From Octopus bimaculoides (lineage: Eukaryota): DNA of 64,000 nucleotides. Under the pieces are notes generated by a model. It was not told where the DNA came from and searched no databases. It saw only the letters and a list, made by a program, of their open reading frames with translations. A program made the translations under genes and the position numbers. Shown here piece after piece: positions 63,961 to 64,000 of the stretch; the first letter of the stretch is position 1; each line of letters opens with the position of its first letter. The stretch is taken from assembly GCF_001194135.2 (NCBI RefSeq), contig NC_068994.1:40888911-40952910 (forward strand), in the 5' to 3' direction.

Positions 63961-64000
63961 GCACACACATGTATATTTATGTGTGTATGTATATATATAT

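Overview
This is AT-rich, repeat-saturated eukaryotic DNA with about 5.6 kb of N gaps, most of them flanked by (TA)n or (CA)n tracts. The dense microsatellites, tRNA-derived SINE families and Dong/R4-, Tx1-, RTE- and CR1-like LINE relics resemble an octopus-type cephalopod draft assembly; this is an inference from repeat content and was not checked against a database. I found no intact, recognisable host protein-coding gene. Most ORFs in the track are microsatellite or N-gap artefacts, and the recognisable ones are decayed retrotransposon or transposase fragments. The most notable structures are: (1) a type I hammerhead ribozyme fold on the minus strand at 21895-21970, with one core mutation, in a probable Penelope-like/retrozyme element; (2) a ~280 bp inverted duplication of CpG-retaining non-repeat sequence (55637-55914 vs 57792-58318) that was later interrupted by a SINE; (3) a younger 110 bp inverted templated insertion inside an old LINE; (4) a ~6 kb nest of retroelements in (TAA)n and a pair of restriction-like endonuclease (RLE) LINE ends in (TACA)n; (5) several fold-back/MITE elements; (6) CpG-retaining unique islands, which may be regulatory elements or small exons of an unidentified large-intron gene. 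SINE family labels A, B, D and E are my own working names. Boundaries of degenerate repeats are approximate.
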